Below, piece after piece: positions 58,540-64,000 of a stretch of 64,000 nt of DNA. The notes beneath the pieces are model-generated. The model made no database searches. It saw nothing but the letters and a program-made list of their open reading frames with translations, and had not been told where the DNA came from. Where the stretch lies: NCBI GenBank assembly GCA_025054875.1, contig JANWYS010000003.1:2862-66861 (forward strand). The letters run 5' to 3'. The stretch is from Cytophagaceae bacterium (GTDB taxonomy: Bacteria; Bacteroidota; Bacteroidia; Cytophagales; Cytophagaceae). Numbering within the stretch: the first letter of the stretch is position 1; each line of letters begins with the position of its first letter. The translations under genes and the position numbers were made by a program.

Positions 58540-61071
58540 TTATTCTAACTGTTTTTCTTTTTTCTTCACAGAGAGCTTCAGTACATCACTACCTTCCTCA
58601 TGATCGGCAAGTATGATATCACCTTCGGTAAGTTCACCTTTAAGAATTTCTTCGGCTACCGAATCTTCAAGATATTTTTGTATAGCTCTGTTTAGAGGCC
58701 TAGCCCCATATTGTGGGTCATATCCTTTGTCGGCCAGGAAGTCTTTTGCTCTTTCAGTAAGCTCAACACTGTAACCGAGTTGCTCTATGCGTTTAAATAC
58801 ATTCTTCAATGTGATGTCAATGATACGATGTATGTCTTCTCGTTGAAGGTTGTTAAATATGATCACATCATCGAGTCGGTTCAGGAACTCAGGAGAGAAG
58901 GCCTTGCGAAGGGCATTTTGGATGGTGCCTTTCATTATTTCATCCATGTTGTCTTTTTTGGCTTTAGTAGCAAAGCCGATACCTGAACCAAAATCTTTCA
59001 AATCGCGTACACCGATGTTAGAGGTCATGATGATGATGGTATTTCGGAAATCCACACGACGTCCCAAGCCATCGGTGAGTATGCCATCATCAAGCACTTG
59101 TAGCAAAATGTTGAACACATCGGGATGTGCTTTTTCTATCTCATCGAGGAGCACTACGCTATAAGGCTTTCTTCTTATTTTTTCGGTGAGTTGTCCGCCC
59201 TCTTCATAGCCTACATATCCTGGAGGTGCTCCTACAAGCCTTGACACAGAAAATTTTTCCATATACTCGCTCATATCAATGCGCACGAGCGCATCTTCCT
59301 TGTCAAACAAGTATTCGGCAAGGGCTTTGGCGAGTTCGGTTTTACCTACTCCTGTAGGGCCTAAGAAAATGAATGACCCAATGGGCTTGCGAGGATCTTT
59401 GAGGCCTACGCGTGTACGTTGTATGGCTTTTACCAGTTTTGCTATGGCCTGGTCCTGGCCTATTACGCGGCGCTGCAACTCGCTTCCCATAGTGAGCAGC
59501 TTAGAACTTTCGCTTTGAGCTACACGACTTACGGGTATACCGGTCATCATCGCAATAACTTCAGCCACATTCTCTTCAGTGACGTCGTAGCGTTTCTTTT
59601 TGGTTTCTTCCTCCCAACGGAGTTTAGCATTCTCAAGCTGCTCGTTCAGTTTTTTCTCCTTGTCGCGCAGAGCAGCCGCTTCTTCATATTTTTGACTTTT
59701 CACTACGCGATTTTTCTCTTTTTTAATTGCCTCTATTTGTTCTTCCAGTTTCACGATATCTGCCGGTACGTGTATGTTGTTGAGGTGTACGCGTGCACCG
59801 GCTTCGTCAAGCACATCTATGGCTTTGTCGGGCAGGAAGCGGTCTGATATGTAGCGGTCTGATAGTTTTACACAACTTTGTATGGCCTGGTCAGTGTAGT
59901 TTACGTGGTGATGGTCTTCGTATTTTTCTTTTATGTTGTTGAGTATTTCTATAGTTTCTTCCGGAGTAGTAGCGTCTACCATCACAATCTGAAAACGTCT
60001 TGCTAGGGCGCCGTCTTTTTCAATATATTGGCGATATTCGTCTAATGTAGTTGCGCCGATGCATTGTATATCTCCCCGAGCCAGAGCGGGCTTAAACATG
60101 TTGGAAGCATCTAATGAGCCGGATGCACCTCCCGCACCCACTATGGTGTGTATTTCGTCTATAAATAGAATAACTTCAGGAGATTTTTCCAATTCGTTCA
60201 TCACAGCTTTCATGCGTTCTTCAAACTGGCCTCTATATTTGGTACCGGCCACTAGTGAAGCCAGGTCAAGCGTCACTACACGCTTACCGAAAAGTACGCG
60301 CGAAACTTTTTTCTGTACGATGCGTAGAGCCAAACCTTCAGCAATAGCGGTTTTGCCTACACCAGGCTCCCCAATCAGAATGGGGTTGTTTTTCTTTCTG
60401 CGGCTTAGTATTTGGGCTACGCGTTCGATTTCTTTTTCCCGGCCCACAATTGGATCGAGCTTACCTTCCTCTGCCAATTTGGTGAGGTCGCGTCCGAAAT
60501 TGTCAAGCACAGGTGTACGCGATTTTTCAGAACTTCCTTTAGGAGAAGATTCCCGCCCCGACGGGTTTGAACTTGAACCGAATATTTTGGAGTTGTCATC
60601 ATCATCCCCCTCATCCGTTTGCGACAGAGGCATGTTGATTTGTAACTCTAACAATTCGCGTACTACTTCATAGTTTACGTTATACTTATCTAGTATTTGT
60701 GTCGCCAGATTATCTTCATCACGCAAAATGGATAGAAGCAGATGTTCAGAGTCTACTATATCGCTTTTGAATATCTTGGCTTCAAGGTATGTGATTTTTA
60801 AAATTTTTTCAGACTGCCTTGTCAGAGGTATGTTGGATAGATTTCGCACAGTTGACGATGCAGTACCCTTGATAGTCTGCTCAATAGTTCTGCGCAACTC
60901 GTCGAGCGACACTCCCATTTTTTTCAAGAGACTCACGGCTAACCCTTCACCTTCACGGATTATGCCCAACAAGAGGTGCTCGGAGCCTATATAGTCATGC
61001 CCCAACCGCAGGGCTTCTTCTTTGCTGAGGGATATTATTTCTTTTACTCTGTCAGAAAATTTGGCTTCCAT
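58540..61071 (-). CDS. clpC: Clp/Hsp100 AAA+ chaperone, ClpC-type (Clp_N repeats, UVR-like middle motif, two AAA modules)
   Basis: Double Clp_N, Walker A GEPGVGKT and GPTGVGKT, Walker B FIDEIH and LLDEIEKA, and a short coiled middle region (KYEEAAALRDKEKKL) rather than the long ClpB M-domain. Confidence 0.9.
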   Translation of the reverse strand: MEAKFSDRVKEIISLSKEEALRLGHDYIGSEHLLLGIIREGEGLAVSLLKKMGVSLDELRRTIEQTIKGTASSTVRNLSNIPLTRQSEKILKITYLEAKIFKSDIVDSEHLLLSILRDEDNLATQILDKYNVNYEVVRELLELQINMPLSQTDEGDDDDNSKIFGSSSNPSGRESSPKGSSEKSRTPVLDNFGRDLTKLAEEGKLDPIVGREKEIERVAQILSRRKKNNPILIGEPGVGKTAIAEGLALRIVQKKVSRVLFGKRVVTLDLASLVAGTKYRGQFEERMKAVMNELEKSPEVILFIDEIHTIVGAGGASGSLDASNMFKPALARGDIQCIGATTLDEYRQYIEKDGALARRFQIVMVDATTPEETIEILNNIKEKYEDHHHVNYTDQAIQSCVKLSDRYISDRFLPDKAIDVLDEAGARVHLNNIHVPADIVKLEEQIEAIKKEKNRVVKSQKYEEAAALRDKEKKLNEQLENAKLRWEEETKKKRYDVTEENVAEVIAMMTGIPVSRVAQSESSKLLTMGSELQRRVIGQDQAIAKLVKAIQRTRVGLKDPRKPIGSFIFLGPTGVGKTELAKALAEYLFDKEDALVRIDMSEYMEKFSVSRLVGAPPGYVGYEEGGQLTEKIRRKPYSVVLLDEIEKAHPDVFNILLQVLDDGILTDGLGRRVDFRNTIIIMTSNIGVRDLKDFGSGIGFATKAKKDNMDEIMKGTIQNALRKAFSPEFLNRLDDVIIFNNLQREDIHRIIDITLKNVFKRIEQLGYSVELTERAKDFLADKGYDPQYGARPLNRAIQKYLEDSVAEEILKGELTEGDIILADHEEGSDVLKLSVKKKEKQLE

Positions 61072-61154
61072 TTCTTAAGTGTTATCAAAACTTTTTGTAA
61101 ATGTAACGTATTTATTAAACTTTACCGTATTGTTTTAATCATTTTCTTACATTC

Positions 61155-61760
61155 TTAAACCAAATACGATAGGCTATTGTTCCCCTCACAAAAGAGCAAA
61201 TCTATTATGGAAAGATTAGGCTCAAAATCTCTGCCAAAAACTTGTTTGTACTCTACTCCCTTAAACTGACTTGCTTTTTTTGCATTGATACTCATTCTGT
61301 AATCTTTAATATCTTTTGCTATGGCTGTGGTAACCTCCGTGTATCCTTTGTGTATAACTATTTTATTAACATCATTCATCACAAAGTTGAGACATACGTT
61401 CAATAATTCAAAATTTAAGTCATATAGATAATCATGTCTTTTGGAAATTATGTTTTGAATACTTTCAAAGTAAAACTCAAAAAACGGAGCTTTACCATAT
61501 GCAGATTGTATGCTGCGGATATGTATCTTTTGCCATGGCAAACTGTAATCTATTTTAATATCTTTGAACGGCTTGTTTAAAGGATGCTTTACCGGCACTA
61601 TTAATGCTAATTTTTGGGTAGAAGTAAGTATATACGTTCGATTTAAATAACTTTGTTTTTGAAACCGTAAAGCACCGTCTAAATACACATCAGAGTAGTT
61701 GAGCAACAAGTGAAAATACTCCAGACATGGCAAATATTGTGGTTCTATCAATAACTTCAT
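61155..61760 (-). CDS. WbqC-family protein
   Basis: MKLLIEPQYLPCLEYF...FQKQSYLNRTYI...LIVPV resembles the WbqC N-terminal pattern. ATG 61760 is preferred over the track start at 61808. Confidence 0.6.
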   Translation of the reverse strand: MKLLIEPQYLPCLEYFHLLLNYSDVYLDGALRFQKQSYLNRTYILTSTQKLALIVPVKHPLNKPFKDIKIDYSLPWQKIHIRSIQSAYGKAPFFEFYFESIQNIISKRHDYLYDLNFELLNVCLNFVMNDVNKIVIHKGYTEVTTAIAKDIKDYRMSINAKKASQFKGVEYKQVFGRDFEPNLSIIDLLFCEGNNSLSYLV

Positions 61761-62254
61761 GTAGCAAGTTAAATTTATATCGCTTGGTAAATACTCAGTC
61801 AAACACAACTCTTTTTTATCATAAAATCTTCGATTGTATTATGAAAAATTAATAAAAATGTACATGTAAAATAAATAAGATACTTTCCCTGCAGTTTGTA
61901 TTTACTTGCCCTATCTACACCCCCATGTCTTTTAAATGAAGTATCCTTTCTTGCGGGCATACGTATGCATGACGCCCACCAAGAGCGGCAAAGCGATAAC
62001 CGGCTACCGCACCCGCACGGAAAGTTATGCGCATTACTACATCTTCGGCATGCCCATGCCGGGAAAGAGCTACCCCTAAAAGTAATCTGAGCGGAAGCAG
62101 ACTGGGCATAAAGAGGTTCTCTAAGCATAATCTCCACTCTACAAGTAGAGAGGCATAAGGATTGAAAATTTTCAAGCCTTTTCGTTTTTTTATAATCACA
62201 TACATCTTTGAGTATTTTGTATTAGCTTTGGCGATGAAATATATCACTTAATGC

Positions 62255-62602
62255 ATGTACATAGAGATATTAAAATCAAAAATACACAACGTACGCATCA
62301 CTCAGGCGGAACTGCATTATGTAGGCAGTATAACGATTGATGAAGATTTGTTGGATGCTGCGCAAATGCAGGAGTTTGAGAAAGTGCTGGTAGTGAATCA
62401 AAACAATGGAGAGCGTCTGGAAACATATATAATAAAAGGTGAACGCGGCAGCGGAATCATATGTATGAACGGCCCGGCAGCACGTAAAGTGCAGTTGGGC
62501 GATATTGTAATTGTAATGTCTTTTGCCTCCGTACACATAGACGAAGCTAAAAACTGGAAACCCATATTAGTATTTCCAAATGAACAAAATCGCCTCATAT
62601 AG
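62255..62602 (+). CDS. panD: aspartate 1-decarboxylase
   Basis: [27 protein letters not shown] contains the self-processing G-S site and PanD consensus. 115 aa. Confidence 0.95.
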   Translation: MYIEILKSKIHNVRITQAELHYVGSITIDEDLLDAAQMQEFEKVLVVNQNNGERLETYIIKGERGSGIICMNGPAARKVQLGDIVIVMSFASVHIDEAKNWKPILVFPNEQNRLI

Positions 62603-63608
62603 ACAAGATATTGAAAGAATATTGTTGAGATACGTATTGCCTCTGTTTATAGCAGGTTCACTTATGGGATGGGTGTTGAAGGATATGAGTCTTGAAGAAA
62701 TGTGGCAGAGGGTGACGGCTGCAAATCCTTACTGGGTAGGTGTTACGGTTGTGATCGCTTTGCTATCTCATGTGAGCCGGGCGTACAGGTGGAATCTGCT
62801 CTTAGAACCCTTGGGCTACAAACCTGGAATAAAAAATACAACAATAGCCGTGCTGTCCGGTTACTTCGGAAATATATTTGTTCCAAGAGGAGGAGAGGTT
62901 GTTCGTTGTATGGTGCTCAACCGAACCAATAAAATACCCGTGACTACCGGTTTTGCTACAGTGATAGCTGAGCGCGCATTTGATTTACTATGTTTGTTTA
63001 TACTCATCTTCTTTTCCTTTGTAGTGGAATACAAAAGATTTTGGGCATTAATTGATAAGATGAAAGAAGTAAAAAAAACATCTGCAAAAAGCCTTGGAAA
63101 TTCATTTGAATTTTACGCCTTCATAGGTATGGGTATGATAACCTTGCTTCTCTTCATATATATCTTGAGAAGAAGCATGTTTATGAGAAAAGTAAAAGAG
63201 TTTCTCATGAAACTAATCTCAGAAGCCATACTCAGTTTTAAAAGTCTAAAGCGCAGGAATGAATTTTTGTTGCATACTGCCATAATATGGATAGGATATT
63301 TTCTGATGACTTATTTGATTTTTTTCTCACTTCCTTCTACTTCACATTTGGGACCATTGGCAGGATTAGTGATACTCATAATAGGCGGACTGGGCATGTC
63401 TGCACCGGCATCAGGGGGTATTGGAGCTTTTCACATAATGGTGGCCAATGGGCTTACGCTGTTTTATGGCCTTTCAAGCAAAGATGGTATCACCTATGCG
63501 TTTGTGTTGCACACTTCGCAATTGTTTACCATTTTTTTCTTTGGAGGGCTAAGCTTGATTGTTAGTTTTTTCATAAATCCAGATTCCGAAAAAAACAATT
63601 CAGTTTAA
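62580..63608 (+). CDS. UPF0104 / lysylphosphatidylglycerol-synthase-TM-region (flippase-like) membrane protein
   Basis: Polytopic membrane protein with the RAYRWNLLL motif in the first loop. Overlaps the panD 3' end by 23 nt. Confidence 0.7.
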   Translation: MNKIASYRQDIERILLRYVLPLFIAGSLMGWVLKDMSLEEMWQRVTAANPYWVGVTVVIALLSHVSRAYRWNLLLEPLGYKPGIKNTTIAVLSGYFGNIFVPRGGEVVRCMVLNRTNKIPVTTGFATVIAERAFDLLCLFILIFFSFVVEYKRFWALIDKMKEVKKTSAKSLGNSFEFYAFIGMGMITLLLFIYILRRSMFMRKVKEFLMKLISEAILSFKSLKRRNEFLLHTAIIWIGYFLMTYLIFFSLPSTSHLGPLAGLVILIIGGLGMSAPASGGIGAFHIMVANGLTLFYGLSSKDGITYAFVLHTSQLFTIFFFGGLSLIVSFFINPDSEKNNSV

Positions 63609-63926
63609 CCTTAATAAACCATTGGCAGCATATATTTCTAATGCCATACTTTGGGCAACAACCCTATAGACTGTTGATTCGCATTTCTATTGGAAAATGG
63701 TTTTAAAACAAAACACAACTCTATTTTGGTGATGGTATCTACAGGGGAATTTGAGTTCCCACCATCAAACTCTGTTAAGTTTTTTGGTTTTAATAATTTG
63801 TATTCATTACCTTTGCATGGTGTCGAGATGATTTCACCTCTACATGCTAAGCGTATGGCTTAAGCTACCAAATGCCCGTGTAGTAATAATCTTATTGCCT
63901 GCTTCCACATAAAAAGAATAAACACA

Positions 63927-64000
63927 CGGGATGTGGCGCAGCCTGGTAGCGTGCTTGCATGGGGTGCAAGAGGTCGTGGGTTCAAATCCCGCCATCCCGA
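63927..64000 (+). tRNA. tRNA-Pro (anticodon GGG)
   Basis: Cloverleaf by eye: acceptor CGGGATG/CATCCCG, D arm GCGC-AGCCTGGTA-GCGT, anticodon arm CTTGC-ATGGGGT-GCAAG, T arm GTGGG-TTCAAAT-CCCGC, discriminator A at 64000. No encoded CCA is visible before the window ends. Confidence 0.9.

Noticed and set aside
63730-63767. Nested hairpin (TGATGGT...GGGAA-tttgag-TTCCC-ACCATCA) after the UPF0104 gene as a terminator
   Set aside because: The stem is short and interrupted, and the nearest T-run begins about 11 nt after the stem. That is too weak to call.
1-64000. CRISPR arrays, transposases/integrases, prophage or conjugative genes, toxin-antitoxin pairs, restriction-modification genes
   Set aside because: I looked for regularly spaced direct repeats and for the characteristic protein motifs in all track ORFs and found none. 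The only repeats are the GC-rich dispersed elements reported above.

Overview
Low-GC (about 38-40%) chromosomal segment that reads as Bacteroidota core genome. The evidence is two proteins with T9SS C-terminal sorting domains, a TTTG/TAnnTTTG-type promoter match, and the gene content. I support about 58 protein genes, nearly all housekeeping: argB (3' part), a DUF898/M48 peptidase pair, pstSCAB-phoU plus an SprT-like gene, an MltD-like lytic transglycosylase, gatA, tatA, two PhoX-like (DUF839) phosphatases, a SurA-like PPIase, MoxR, AsnC/Lrp, an SNF2 helicase, a split DsbD, cysQ/cysCDN, ispE, envelope polysaccharide genes, an ECF sigma/anti-sigma pair, birA, rsfS-ftsH-lpxH, an Anbu-type proteasome homologue, lolD-like, accD, pfkB, an ALDH, clpC, panD, and tRNA-Pro(GGG) at the right edge. 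I found no CRISPR array, transposase, integrase, toxin-antitoxin pair or recognisable defence operon, so I cannot point to a multi-gene novel system. The unusual signals are all non-coding or structural. (1) A promoter-preceded tRNA-Asp-like RNA gene with all universal tRNA landmarks but a 76-nt variable region. (2) A roughly 280-bp GC-rich structured repeat family: three same-orientation copies, one diverged inverted copy, compensatory hairpin substitutions, and one copy carrying a nested 126-bp insert. (3) An 11-bp-periodic direct-repeat motif upstream of pstS and both PhoX-like genes, a candidate Pho box. (4) A T9SS-secreted protein gene broken at an A6 tract. All protein calls rest on motif recognition by eye from the supplied translations. 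No database search was run.
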